Assembly: GCA_012295275.1 (NCBI GenBank)
Contig: CM022666.1
Span: 11,036,001-11,100,000 of the forward strand
Reading direction: 5' to 3'
From: Chrysomallon squamiferum
Lineage: Eukaryota > Animalia > Mollusca
Length of the DNA stretch: 64,000 nucleotides
Below the pieces are notes generated by a model. That model saw only the letters and a list, made by a program, of their open reading frames with translations, had not been told where the DNA came from and did not search any database. This document shows positions 41,361 to 56,620 of this stretch, in pieces (positions within the stretch are counted from its first letter, which is position 1; each line of letters opens with the position of its first letter). The translations under genes were made by a program, and so were the position numbers.

Positions 41361-42097
41361 TAATAATTTGCAGTAGTAACAACAACAGCGAAATAACAAC
41401 ATTAAAAATAATAAGAAAAATAACGATAACAATATGAATAGCAACAACAGCAATTATTTCTTATTATGATTAGATAAGAAGAAGAATCAAATTAACAAGT
41501 AAAATAATAACAGCAGTAATAGTTATAATAAAAAGAGAATAAAACTATACTGTGAGTTCCTGAAAATGTATGCTCTCTTTGTATGCGTATTTCATACTCA
41601 CGGATTCGGGTGATTTATAAAAGTTTTTTTTTTTTTTTTTTTTCCCACAGTTCTCTTGTACTTACAGTTAATATACTGTGACGTCACGCCATTGTTCTGA
41701 CGTCGTATCTATTACCACAACAAAGCTCTGTAGATGTACTTAACATCATACGTTTCTATTTATTTCTATCGTGAAATGAAGTAAATTATTACGTTCTGGA
41801 ACTGCATACAGGACGCTTCAGTAAACACTTCGCCGAATTATTGCAGTGTAAATGTCCATACTTACAAACATTCGTCAGTCCAAGTTGCCATAACTGCACC
41901 TGATGAAAATTTAAAACAGATTAAAAATAAAAAGATATGCTTGCGGATGAGTTTCAGTAAAATCAAGGACGGCGAGTATAAGAAAATAACAGAAACGTTA
42001 ATAAAATGTTACGTGTTGAGGAATGCTGGTGTTGTTATTCTAGGGTTTTGTTGGAAGAGTGTACAAATGGGTTTTAGCGTCGTGACAGGATGGTAAG

Positions 42098-42145
<48 letters not shown>

Positions 42146-42810
42146 GCTGGTGTTGTTGTTGTTGTAGATCTTACTGTTTTGGTTTTTATGGTTATAGTTG
42201 TTGCTGCCTGTAACAGAAACATCCGTTAGTCGAAGTTGCTAGAAACTGTACCTGATGGTGATGGTGGTGTTGAAAGTGTGGTGATGGTGTTATTATTATT
42301 ATTATTGTTGTTGTTGTTGTTGTTGTTGGTTTGTTTGTTTGGAGAAATATATTGTTAGCAAACTGAAAAACAAATATTGAAAACAAACAAAAAATAATTA
42401 AAAATAAACAAACAAACAAACAATTAAACAAACAAACAAAAAATTTAAAACAAAAATACAACAACAAAAAACACCATAAATTTTTCCAGTTATTTTCGGC
42501 AACCAACACCCACGGATGTATTCAGCATAATTTTGGCACACAGCTTCCTTTTTCTGAATTACTGGAACACTCCCTGCTACAACATCCATCTCGATTTTCT
42601 CATCTGTTCACTGCTCTTTCGGTCAAGGTCGATTTTTCCCCCCTGGACTGAAGCCAGCTAGCTTGTTCCGTATTTCCTGGAATCTATCATAAATTAACTG
42701 TTTGTGACTTTATCTCACGTCGCGATGGCGAGGTATCTGATACAAAGACATCATGGCTTGTACGTTAGAACAGCGATTCCCAATGTATCTGTAATATAAT
42801 TATAAAAAAG

Positions 42811-42843
<33 letters not shown>

Positions 42844-44401
42844 TTATATTTACTTCATTAATTTATCTTATTCAGATTTCCTGTTTAATTCATTTAACAC
42901 ACTTTCTATGCGAACACATGGCTACACCATGCATATAAAAATAATAAAGATACGATGAAGAAGAAAGATTAAAAAGAGAAAGTCGGTTAATGCAAGGCCA
43001 ACAGCAGCCTGCTCGAGCTAAACCCAGTTCTATGGTTTGACATCGACGTTATTTACTTGCGTGTTGACTTCATACCGTGTACAGCTATTTACATTAGAAA
43101 TTTATATCAGTAATAGATGTGACTAGAATGAGAGATAAACTGCCAGATATTAACAGTCTTTAAACAGCGTTTGTTTACTGTAATAAGGTCGATTATACTG
43201 TTACTTTGGTTTGATTTTCATGTTTGTATCTGCTGAACCAGGCGCAGGTATACGTGGCAGGATCGATTATTTACAGTAATAGTTCGCTAACTATTTTTAA
43301 TTTTGTTAATTACTACGTACTAAATGAAATACTGATATAAACGGGGAAGGGGGAGAGTTGGCTTGCTGTAATAACAGTCACTCTTAACTAGTCGTGTAGA
43401 AGTAAATAAGTTAACAGATTAATTACAAAAATAACTTTCTATTTATATGTTCTTTTTATTTTTATTTACTTATTATTTGATTTATAAATTTATTTTTTAA
43501 TTATAATTTATTATTTCGTATTTTTTAAAAAATTAGTTACAAAATAATAATAAAGGAATAATGAAGAAAAAAAAATAATAAAATAATAATAATAATAACA
43601 AAAAAAACAAGCTTTTTTCATGACTTTTTCGTCATGTTAATTTTATCTTCTTCTTTTTCACATAGTATTAATAATTATCATCATCATCATCATCATCATC
43701 ATATCATCATTATTTTTTTGTTTTCTTCAAATAAATTATTATTATTATTATTAATTTTCTTTTTCAGTATTCTCCAGTTTCGTCAGAACAGACACTACTA
43801 AACACTTGGTAAATCGACACGTTTGTTTCTGACAGTGACAAATATCTTCAGCTGACTGAGTTAAGCAAATATCGCGATGGTTGTCAAAACGAGATAGATT
43901 ATTTTATTTTGTGCTGCTCTTCTCTCAAAAAAAAAGAAGAGGAAAGGTAAAATATAATTAATTAACTGACATGTTTCTGTCAAAAATAGATGTTTTACAT
44001 TAATTATGTTTGACTAGTCTGAATAAAAAAAAAAAAAAAAAAAAAAAAAAATTACATCCAGTCTTTAATATATACCCGCCTACATATATATATACATACA
44101 GATACATATAAACATACATACATACATTATATACATACATACTTACATACATATATTATATACATACATACATACATACATACATACATACATAGATACA
44201 TATATATATATATATATACACACACATATAAACACACATACATTCATACATACATACATACATACACTTGTAAACACAGACGTTCCTATATGTATACACA
44301 TATTGTAAAGTCTGAACATACTAGTTACAACAAAAGTTCTTAAATAAAAAAATAATAACAACAACAACAACAATAACAATAATAATAATAACAACAACAA
44401 C

Positions 44402-44459
<58 letters not shown>

Positions 44460-45761
44460 GTAATAGAAATAATAATAATATATTAGACTTCATATTAATT
44501 CATATAACAGCTTATTAAAAACTCAGTATGGGGCGCACATCTGGCAGTTCCTGTCTAATCGTCGTACGTGTTTTATTCCCAGCCCACAGACAGAAGACTC
44601 ACTGGCGAGTGCCCAAGCACTGGCTGACAATTCATTAAACAACACGTGACATCACACTCTGAACTCACACATAATAATATACAGTATGAGGACGATCACG
44701 GATAATGACGTCAAAGTGACGTAAGGTGTAAAGGTAATCATTAAATATAACTTCATAGTACATACACGTGGTTTTAATGTTGATTGTAATGTAAATTATC
44801 CACACGTAAAGAACAAAAATAACTTGAATATTGATTATTAGTGGATTATGTTCTGCTGTTTCTAAACATAGAAAATTAATGAGAAATATATCTTTTTACT
44901 CTTGATAATGAGAATATATTTCATTATCGATACGCTAATTCTTGTATATATATACACAAGAATTAGCGTATATATATATATATATATATATGAATAATTG
45001 GTTTCTGTTTTAAGATATCAGCTTTATTCTGCGAAGGTTGGAATTGATTTCGTTTTTTTATCGTATCTTGCAACTGTTTACACACACACACACTCAGATA
45101 GACACACACATGTATATGTATTTTATGTCAAACAGTGATACAGTTTGATTTGCATACAATACCAATAATAGATATACTGTGAACCGGTAAATCTACCAAA
45201 GTATATGTATAGATGTATGTATGTGTGTGTGTGTTTGTATGTACTTTCGTAATTATATGCATGTACATATGTATATATACTAACATATCTGTCTGTCTCT
45301 TTGTCTATCTCTCTGACTGTCTAGCTATCTGCCTGACTATGTCTTGCTCTCAACTTACGTAACACCCTCTGCTCATAACATGCGTGCATTGTAAAAATAT
45401 TTCTATTCTTACTGAAATTGGTTTGGTGCTATATGTATTTATATGTACATATATGTGTGTATATGTATGTGTTTATGATGCTAATAACTACAATTAGTCT
45501 TAGCTGAATCGCTGAAGCAAATACAAAATTCACCGAGGCGGATAATGATTGAAAATAAAACACAGATAAAACAGAGTACGTTGATTCATTTAATCAAAGT
45601 TAATTTTGTTTGAATTATGCTCGGTTAATAAAATTCTAATCCGTAAAAACGGTAGTGAAAAATTATAACTTATTTTTGTGTTTCAGAGTAACAAATTGTA
45701 ACTACGTGTATTTGTTTAATAAAGTTTCTGTATTTCTGTCACTGATTCCCGTGAGGTAATA

Positions 45762-45880
45762 GTTTCCCGTTCAGCCAAGAGCTCATCGTTTGATTTATCA
45801 AAGGCTGTGGCATGCGCTGTCCTGTCAAATGGAAGGTTTATAAAAAGAATTCTTGCTGCTAACTGAAAAGCTAGCTCATG
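45762..45880 (+). mobile_element. Degenerate SINE remnant (same family)
   Basis: TTTCCCGTTCAGCCAAGAGCTC..TTTATCAAAGGCTGTGGCATGCGCTGTCCTGTC..TATAAAAAGAATTCTTGCTGCTAACTGAAAAGCTAGCTCATG. Confidence 0.65.
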
Positions 45881-46519
45881 AAATTTTCATGCTTGTAAAT
45901 TTGAAAGAGTTAATATTAAAATATCCTAAGATGTTGTTAAGTATTCGTCCGTTCTAACATTCTTTTTATCCACGTTTGAAACAAAAGTTTGATGTATGAT
46001 GAACTTTGTACATTTTTATCAGAATATATTACACTGTGTAAGTTGTATATGAGAATGTTTGTATAACAGATTTATATCAGAATGTTTGTATAAAAAACTG
46101 GTGCATAATATACTGAATGTTGTATTATAGAATGTATATTATACTGGAATAAAACAATGTATGTGTAATCAATGTGCATTTTGACATCAAAATGTGTAAT
46201 ATACTTTGTGTTGCATATCAGAATGTAGGTGTAGTGTGATAAGTAAATTATTAAAACAGAATAACCTATATTATATCAGTTTGTTATTGTCAGCATGTCA
46301 TAAAATATCGGCAGCTTTCTGGATGACCTCGAGGCGCAAGTTACTCCCCTTTAAATATTGCAATATGGAGTAGGAATGTAAACCTTTTGTAACAACCTAT
46401 ACAAAGGTCAGTGACCGTAAAACCACTTACGTTGCAGAATTAGTTTACATTTTCTTGAAAACACTGGAAGAAGGTCGAGTTTGTTATCAAAAAATGAACT
46501 TGATTAATAACTATATGTT

Positions 46520-46590
<71 letters not shown>

Positions 46591-47064
46591 GTGAATACCT
46601 GTTCTTTGGCATTATACTTTCAAGTACTGACACAAACATGTCAACATTTCAAAGGTCAAAGTGTGGTGCCAATACTCAGTAGATCACGTGTTATCAGTTA
46701 GTTGGGGGGGGGGTATTTGATAGTGCTGGTAGCAATGTTATCTTTTGAGAGAATCGTTATTTGCTTACCAAACCTGTCAACATAGATTAGATATTACACT
46801 TACAAGACAACACCACAAAACAAGTTCAGGACTAGGTCACGTGTTCAGGCTGGGTCAAGATGTCACGTTAAGAGTTTTATTATTATCGTCAGAGTAGTTG
46901 TTTTTACCACAATCATCAACGTCAGCAGCATCATTAATATCACAGTATTATTTAGTCATAATCATCATCATGCAAAAAATCTTAAATCAGCAGGCCAACA
47001 TTCAAAGTCGCTGTAAGAGCTAACTGAAGTAGACTGAAATATGCAACATTAAAAATAATAAATA

Positions 47065-47260
47065 AATTTATTGAACGGCAGATTCAACATATTTGTGTTC
47101 TGATCTAGATTACAAGAGGTCACACATACCGTGATAGAAAGCATAAACAATATGATAAAATCTGTTCCGCCATGTTACTTCAAGTAAAGGAACGTTTTGT
47201 AAACATCGTCTCACACACAGGACAGTACATACCTCAATCTTTGATAAACGAGTGTTTTGC
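47065..47260 (-). mobile_element. Degenerate SINE remnant (same family, reverse orientation)
   Basis: Reverse complement reads TTTATCAAAGATTGAGGTATGTACTGTCCTGTGTGTGAGACGATGTTTACAAAACGTTCCTTTACT..ATGGCGGAACAG. Confidence 0.5.
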
Positions 47261-49697
47261 GATTTTTTTTTGATGTGTAAACAATAAATTCATTTTTTAA
47301 CTGTTTATTGTTTCTTACTTTTTTCCTTTCATTTGTTATTTTGTTTCTTTCTGAAACCTATTCATTGCTAATAAGACCACAGTAGTAATATCTCTAGTTT
47401 TCATGGCTTCTGTCGTACTCTTTTATTTCGTAACCTCGCCCACTATGTACATTAAAAGTAAGCAAAATAACTACAGCAGCAGCGGCAAGAAAAAAAATAA
47501 AAAATAATAATAATAAAAAAAAAAAAAATAAATAAATAAATAAAAAAAAGAAAGAAAAGAAAAAGAAAAAGAAATAATATAACATAATGACAGACTCATA
47601 GATAAGTGAACTTTGCCAACCACTAGAGATGAACGTAAACAAGCTGGTATCAGTTGATCATTATTTGCCATGTCTATCAGCTTATCAGACATCGTGAAAA
47701 ACATCAGGGCTTGTAGCAATCGTTAGTTTGACGCCCGTAAAAAATGCTTTTTCATTATTGTTTTTTAAAACTGGTTACCAACAAATAACTTTGACCATGT
47801 CCGAAGGCTGGAGATATCATGGTACATAGACCTACCAATGAATCTTTAGAAGCCAGGCTTACACTGTGCTCTTATAAGTACCGCTATCTTACAAATCAGG
47901 AACAAAACTACAGGGGTAATAGTTAACATCAACATCGGTTAGTATTGTTTATACAGGTCAGGGTTAGTCCAGATCGCTGTGGAAGGTTCAGTCTTCTTTC
48001 ACCTGTTTCAGGTATATAAATGCCACCAGCAGAGGGTGAACAACCTGGAAACAGGTGGAAGTTTCTAGGTCTGTAAACGCACAATGTTGTGCTTGGATCA
48101 GCAATTACTTCGCATTTCGGAGTCAGTGCCACGCCTCACTGAAGTAGTGCTGCGAATGTGTGTATGTCACTGAATGAGCGAGAGTGGAATGGTGAGAACA
48201 TGCCGTGTGGGTGGCTGAGTGAATCTGTCCCTCTCCATGAATACTGTGTTTGGTGTCTGTCCCAAAATAAAGAACACAAAGTGTTGATTAAAAGTCCTTG
48301 TGCTTTACTGTCGCTTAAGTTTAACCTCATTCTACTGTTGTGACGTCATGCACTATTAATTAACCAGCCTTTATTTTTAAAATTAAAAGTTAATACCTTA
48401 CGGACTGTTTTTATTTACGTCAAATTCTGAGTTGTAAACTCATTTAAAAGTTGTTAGTATTTCTGAATAAATAGCCAAAATACTTATTGTGCGTGTCAAA
48501 AGCAACAAAGAATGGGGGTAAACAAACAAAACAACAACAACAAAAAAAAACAAAAAAAATAATTAAAAAAAAATAACTCTTTATATATAAACATAGGTCT
48601 AACAAACTATTTTTAAACAGTTTGAATACCGATTTTCTACGATGAACAAATGGCCATCAGAAATGTCGGGGAAATATCAATTTTAAACGGATGAAAATTT
48701 TTCCGTAAATAAGATAATTATGCATCATTAATTTTTTTCTTTCTTGCGATTAGAAAGCTATCAAGCAGATTATAAACACGCCCGGTATCTAAGCCAAGAA
48801 TGTATATAAATAAATAACGAGCTGCACTAAGTAATTAGATATAGTCAATCAATACAATGTTTCGTTACGCTCTAAAGTTAAAACAGTTTTGCCTCCGACA
48901 TCATTGATTGGCAAAGTCGTAAATCTCTCCTTCTATGAGGCGCATTAAGTTTATTTACGTATAATTTATAAGACGTCGCCAAAGCTGGCAAAGTAAACAT
49001 CACAGACATATGTACTGAATTTTGAAATCGATCTTTGATTACAACATCATCTCTTTGGTGTTTGTAGAAACTACTAAACTCTTGAGTAAACAAGTAATTT
49101 TAATTGAATAATGTAACGTGAAACGCGACATTTTCTCTTGTTTTGATGATGTTCTAGAAGAATCTATCGATTTTATAATTCGTCTGCGGTTTTTTTTTTT
49201 TTTTTTTTTTTTGTCTCTGTCTAAATTCATTATCATAAAGTTTACTGGTACCAGTGTTGCATTTAAGACACGAATATGAAGCGAGACATTCCATTGTGTT
49301 TATTTTTAAATAGTGAGAAATTTATAACGTTATTTTATTTTTCTATTATATTATATTATTTTTTTCTATTATATTATTTTATTTACTCTGAGAACGCACT
49401 GGTTATCAACTTTTGATATTAAATATTTATAATTTTGATATATTAAAATTTAATTACCTTAACGAAACCACTGAAGCTCATGAATTGATTTTCTGTCTTT
49501 TCCTACGGGGATATCACCAGACGCTTCTAGCTTATCAGACAAAAATCTTATATACCAATTCACTCAACTGTGTTTACTTCTGAACATCGATCTTTGGTAA
49601 TTAATGAAACAATATAAATCACCAAATAAGGACTGGGACTGTTATCTTCAGTATTACTATGACGTCACTTCGTGCATAAAAGCAACAATAACAATAA

Positions 49698-49732
<35 letters not shown>

Positions 49733-49828
49733 ATGATAAATAAATAATAGTAATAATATGAAAAGCAATAGAGGAGCAATAATAATAATAATAACACAAC
49801 AACAACAGCAATAATAATAAATAACAAA

Positions 49829-49901
<73 letters not shown>

Positions 49902-50960
49902 GCAATAACCTGAATGGAACTCAAAACGGCAGAACCTGTTTGCTGAGAAAAGTAACTGTGCCAGTGATATATTCAAGATGTTGAAGATAAACATGATTAA
50001 GTAAATGATTGGCAAAGATTCCGCTGCTATAGTTTCATCAAAGTTGTTTTTATTATTTTATTTTGGTAGCCATTATAATGTCATCATCATGTGTTGTTTT
50101 CATTTTATTATTATTTTTTCTTATTACATTATTTTCAAACTTTATTATTACGAAACATTACTTTCAAAGATATAAAATAAAATAAAGCACAAATAACAAC
50201 AACAATAAATACGTATTCACTTTGTTGAAATTAATAATGAAACGATATTATTATTATTGTTGTTGTTGTTGCTGCTGCTGCTGTTGATGCTGATTTTAAT
50301 TTTTTTATTAATATAAAAAAATGTGTTTTCTAATAATGACGTCTAACGGAATTATGTCATTATACGGCATACAATATATCTAAATAAGCCACGTATATCT
50401 CACAAACAACACTATTCATACAAACTGTAGCTTCACAAACACTTTACAACATCCCAACTTATCTTCATATACTGCTCATATCGATTTATGAACGATCCTT
50501 CAGTAATCTAGCAAGTACTTTATTATTACAATATTTCAGTTTTTGTTAGCAGTTCGGTACTTTACGGCATTTTCCGTACTATCTTGTCATCATTAATGAT
50601 AATAAACGTTAGGAAGGTATTTGGTTTGCAATCTGTACCAGTCTTATCGTGGCTTAGCACTCTCCAGTTTGTGCATATTATGAATATTCACTGAATGTTA
50701 CTGAAAAAGAGAATTTGATGCTGATTTACAGAGATGGGTTATTCTTATTGTGAAAACCATTCTGATACTTTAATTTAGGTGTCAATGCGAGCACCATGAA
50801 ATATCGTTTAGTACTGAATAACTAGCGTAAAGATGAAGTTATTAAATTATCGTAAGTAAAATTTATTTGGCGGAAAATTTATTAGAAGAAAACTGTGAAG
50901 TGAAAGATCGCTTTATAATTTTTTCTTTATTCGTTTGTCCTTACTTTTTCAAAAAAAAAA

Positions 50961-51025
<65 letters not shown>

Positions 51026-51589
51026 ACAATTTCTTTCTTTTTCCTCTCCCTCCCTTGCCCCCATTTCATATAAACAACACCAGGATCTGTAATCTAATTT
51101 AACATGATCAGTATAAACATCTTGATTAAAAACACCGTCCATAACATTATTACGTAGTTTATAAACAGCCTGTAACACAGGAAAACACCGATAACGTTAA
51201 GATAATAAACTCCTCGTGACGTGAACAAGAACGCTTCAATCGATGACGACTGACAAACTGAAGTCTGCGAGGCTTCATTCTGATGGCAAGTTATTAAAAC
51301 TAGAAATAACTGGTGTACTGTAACTGAGTACAATTACACGGATATCAGACACAGACTTTAAACTGTGCCAAGGGTCGAAGGATCATGTCTTCGCCCTGGA
51401 CCTTTTGACTTTGCTTCACCCAGTCAGTATTCAACGGCTCTTTAATCAAATGTTATGGTTAAAAAGATGATATTGATAATGATTATGTTGATAACAACGA
51501 TGGCGATGATATTAATAATAATACTAATAACAACGAAACGATGATGATGATAGTAATAACAACAGCGGTGCTAAAAAATAAAATAACTA

Positions 51590-51926
51590 CAGGTACCGGA
51601 CCAATTATCCGGACTCCTTGGGGCCTGAGGCAATCCGGATTTCTGGATTTTCCGGTTTTCTGGTTCCAAGGCATCTAAATACGTAAATAAGTAGGGATAA
51701 ACATTTTAAAATTAAAAAATAAAGAAAATTGACGATATACAACTGTGGCGACTCGACACGTAAACAACGCGGCGAGTGAATGAACACCACGCGGCTTGAA
51801 AGAGTAGTTCCAGTCTGGTGAGGACAACACTCGCTCACGCGAACTATGAAAATGGTGTCTTGAAAAAACTTCCGGTTATCTCGTCTTTCCGGATTTTAGG
51901 ACGCCGAATAATTGGTCCGGTACCTG
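51590..51926. mobile_element. MITE, Tc1/mariner/pogo type, 337 bp
   Basis: TA at 51588-89 and 51927-28. TIRs CAGGTACCGGACCAATTATCCGG / CCGAATAATTGGTCCGGTACCTG (22/23). Subterminal TCCGG(A/T)TTT repeats. Confidence 0.92.
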
Positions 51927-52690
51927 TACTTACGTTGCTCTTGTTCATCGATCAAATCAGTAAAAGCCAGATTCTTTTCTCACTAGTCTTATTTATTTTT
52001 GAAATTTGTGATCTTTCGCCAGTTAATATGCACTGTTCACTTTTGTTTACAAATTACATTATCTACACAAAATAATGCAGTGACGTCACACTAATGTAAC
52101 ATTAATAATATGACGTAATTTGTAAACAAATTTTAAGAACTCGTGTTTGTGCGAAATTCAAAACGTTATGAATCTTCTCTTCGCACAAAAAATAAAATAA
52201 ATGAATAAAGTAATGACTGAAATAATGAATAAATAAATAAATAAGTATAGACTAATTTTCAAATTTTGTTTTACGAATTTCTGTAAACGGAATATTACCT
52301 ATAGGTTGCACATAATATTAACTTTGACATACAAGTTTAAAAAAGTAACATCGACGTTTCTATCACGAACGAAAGCGCAGTTCTTTATAAATTTAACTCT
52401 TGACAGACCAGTAGTGTATTACGGTAACCCAGTACATACCATGAACTTGTCATACGTCTTTTATTGTATTAATATGAAATGTCTCCTATAATTACACAGC
52501 CGAACTGACCTAATCTGATGTTTCAGTGCATGTTAACTGCTTTCTTGGCCGATTGCCGATGAATCATTAAAAACGTAGAAATCTTTAAATGACAGCAGAC
52601 TGCATGGAATGTAAAAAGAAATGGTGTTCTGTTGGATTGTTCGAAAGATAGGTGTTTGTGTTTGTGTTTGTGTGTACGCATGTGCATGTG

Positions 52691-52755
<65 letters not shown>

Positions 52756-54645
52756 TTACAGACGCCATGCCGTTGAAATGAGTACGACGTCACAACAGTG
52801 GAATGACGTCACCTTACAATATATGTTTTGATTTGTGGCACAACCAGTTTTGTGAGTATGAAAATTTATGATTTCCACATCTTGGGTTGTTTTATTATTT
52901 TTATTTTTAATTTTTTAAATTTTTTTTTACTTATTATTATGTACAGGCAATTTTTGACTATCTGCATTTTCTGAAAAACCCATCATACATTATATCCTGT
53001 AATTCTAGTTCACCAGCCCCGTAACACTTCATTAAGTAAGTATGTATGGTATTGTAACCTTTTGACTTAACTGTAGCTTGGAATTAATTAATTTGTAAAA
53101 CTTTCGTCAGATCCAATGTGAGAAAATTCTGTACTCAGTAGTTATAGAATCCACTGTTATTTATCAAAAATCATGTTCTTCACACTGCAGAACAACAATA
53201 CCCTTTAGATTGAAAAACCGTATTATCCTCTATAAAAGATCCATGAATAGCAGCTGTCGACAGTAAGGATCTTGTATAGGCGCCTTTCAATAGATTTGAT
53301 AACATAAAGCATAGACATAAACAAAAAAATGAAAAATAAAAAATAAAAAATAATAATAATAATAATAATAAAAAAATAAAAAATATAAATAAAAAATAAC
53401 TAAAAATAATAAAATAAAAAATAAAACATTTAAAAAGATATATATTAATAATAAAATAAATAATAGCCCCACACCAAAAAAAAAAAAACCAACAACTATA
53501 CTGGAATAAGAGTCAAACGGACTCACCAAAGCCTGAAGGTTATAATCGAGCAACTTTTAGACAAGTGTTTTAACAATGAGCAGTGCCAACAATAACTAAC
53601 AGTTGTGTTATATAGTTACCATGTGTATAACCTGCTTCCAGATGTAGTGTATGGTTTGTGTATTCTTTTGTATTCAGAAAATGTAACATTTAACACAGTA
53701 ACTATGTCATTGTTGTGACTAATACCCCAAATGAAGTTATTGTATTTTAAAACAAACTGATGGCTGGTACAAAATTATCATTATCCTGTTGACCTTCTAT
53801 TATTTAATAATCTATTTATTATCATGAAATGTAAAATTTATATTCGATATGCTGGTTGAAAATGTAGTATATAAGTTAAAAATAATTAATATGATCCCTT
53901 CAAATGTTGATATATCTGCAGCTGCATCTAAATAATGCAGAAGATATTTTTCTCACTTTGTGTTCTCTTTGTACAGAATAATCACATACCCATTTTAACT
54001 CTTTATTAAGCAATTTTGGAATACAGCAAATGAATGTTATTTAACAATCCACTACACATTTTGAAGCTGATTATTTTATACTACATATATGATTATGGAT
54101 TTTACAAATAATAATTTAAAAACAATTTCAACTGTCACCTTCTCATAAACTGTAAAATACACGACAATGTTTGATAATCAATTGTTAGATATAATTTACT
54201 AATCTATGATGACATTCTGGGTCAGGAAATTAAAAGATAATGTAATTAAATGCCTCTCGTATGTTTTTTCATGATACCCAGTAACAGGTAACAGACTAAA
54301 AATAATTATTAATAACTTAAAAGTTATAAATAGATAGTGTTCTGAAATGACAACAAACATACTAAGGTAAACATCTCTGATTTTATTAATTCGCAAATGA
54401 CTTGAAGCGTATATAACCAACAGCGAATCTCTCAAACTATATACAAGTAGTGATAATCTCCATTCAAATATAAAAATAACATATTTCACAATTAAAAGGT
54501 AAAATTAATACATGTATATATTTTATTCTTCCTAAAGTCTGGTAAAATCTCTGACATCTAGAGCAATGTATATTTTCTTATTATCCTATTAAACAGTTTA
54601 TAATCCAAGAACAAGAACAAATAATAATCAGAATAATCAGAATAA

Positions 54646-54708
<63 letters not shown>

Positions 54709-54976
54709 TAAAAATAAAAATGTGTTTATACAATTAGCTGATATTTTAAAAAAATTCTTTGGAAACTAAGTTGTATTCAAAACAAAAATCAATAAATCCA
54801 GTTTGGAATGTTAACATTTTCATTCTAATATTAAAGTAATCACAGATCTTTTCATTAATTAGTTATTTTAAAAATATTCTGATAATAATAATAGTAATAA
54901 TAATAAAAAATAATATTGGTATTTCAATATTTTTGCCCATGTTGCTAATTTTTCTCAAGTTAACTTGACTGTCAAA

Positions 54977-55011
<35 letters not shown>

Positions 55012-56467
55012 AATGATGTAAATGCTAAAACACAACCAAAGGATGTGATGTAATGATCACGGTAAAATTATCTAGAATTTTAATGATAACAGTAACATAA
55101 AATAATAAATTGATTTAGTTTATTTATATAAATTCCTATTCTGTGTTTACCTGAATATATTTTAATACTAGATATTAATATTTTACATTAATAGTTATTC
55201 AAGATATATCATGAATTTCTCCTTTCCTTTTGCTATTTTTGTTTTTATTTATTTATTTATTTATTAAATTCTTTTTTTTTTTTTTTTTCAAATATAGCCC
55301 TCCACTGAAATAAATAAAAATTGTTTAACCTTCCAAAACTTCTATTATTTTAATTATTATTATTTTCAAAAAAAAATGGAAATCATGTGTATATGTTTTT
55401 GAAAAAATCCAAAACAAAAACATTATACCAACAAAAAAATTTAAAAAGCAGTTTCATTAAATTTTGTTTTAAAAAAATTATAAAATAATTCCATTACAAA
55501 AAATTGATATAAATACTTCGAGTATTCTTCAAACATCACATCACTAAAGAATGATTATTAATAATTTTAAAAGTGCATATTATAAAGTTTATTTTCTTCA
55601 TACGGTGTAAGATGATCACAGACTGCAGTAAAATGTACAAACTCAAAACATTCAGTCCAGGGATTTCCATCAATTAACAGTTACCATGGCAATTTTTACA
55701 TTTTTATTTTTCTATTCTGGAACTCACTTTTCACTGCTAATTAGATTAAGTTGAAACAATTTTCTTAACAGTTCTTATTTGGTTAACTTGGTATGTGAGT
55801 CTCACATTTTATTTTTAGTCTTTTTAACTTTCACTTTAACTCTTTTTTTTCTGCTAAATTTTGTTTTGTTATTATTTCTAATAAAACATTCTAAAATACA
55901 GAATTACCATGGTAACCAAATCACTAACTGGCTAGTTTAATGTTTTTATTTTAACTAATGCAACATACTCCATTACCATCATATTATGTAACTCAAACAA
56001 TTTACTTGGTGATAATTTTAAACAATCACAGATTTTATATTTATGTATTTAAACAAAGTCTTCTACGAGTTCACTTTCATTCTCACTTTATCTTGCACCA
56101 AATGTCTGTTTGTTTTACTTCCTGCCACCCACACCACCCCAGTTTTAAAATATTTACTTAACACTCATCCTCCATCTTTTCACACCTGAAAGGTATAATT
56201 AGACTGAACTGAAACGAACCTACACCCATCTGTTTTAATATATCCTAAAGCTTCATCATTTTTTTAATTAACTATTGTTTTAAAATCCATCCTTCTTTTT
56301 TCTTCATCCCTTTTAAAGAGTACTTAATTTTCTTTTGTTATCAAATTGATATTAAAAAGAAAGACAATAATTTAAGCAAAATAAAAAATAAATATTTTTG
56401 GTGGCAATCTTAAACTAAAAAAAAATTTGTTCTTCTATTTCTGACATCTTAAATACTCATGACAATA

Positions 56468-56620
56468 TGACATCCCAAGACTGCTGATATTTTATAAGTT
56501 ATGAAAAATGTGACATTCTAAGATGGCCGACATTTTATAATTATGAAGAAAATAAAATATAAAGTGACATTTCAAGATGGCCAACATTTTAATATACATA
56601 ATAAATGACATTCCAAGATA
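56468..56620. repeat. Degenerate 41-54 bp repeat x4 downstream of the TSC22 stop
   Basis: Core TGACATT(C/T)(C/T)AAGATGGCC(G/A)ACATTTT at 56511 and 56565; weaker copies at 56468 and 56606. Confidence 0.75.

Noticed and set aside
52605-52625. TGGAATGTAAAAAGAAATGGT resembling miR-1
   Set aside because: Only the first 11 nt match, and there is no complementary arm upstream to form a precursor.
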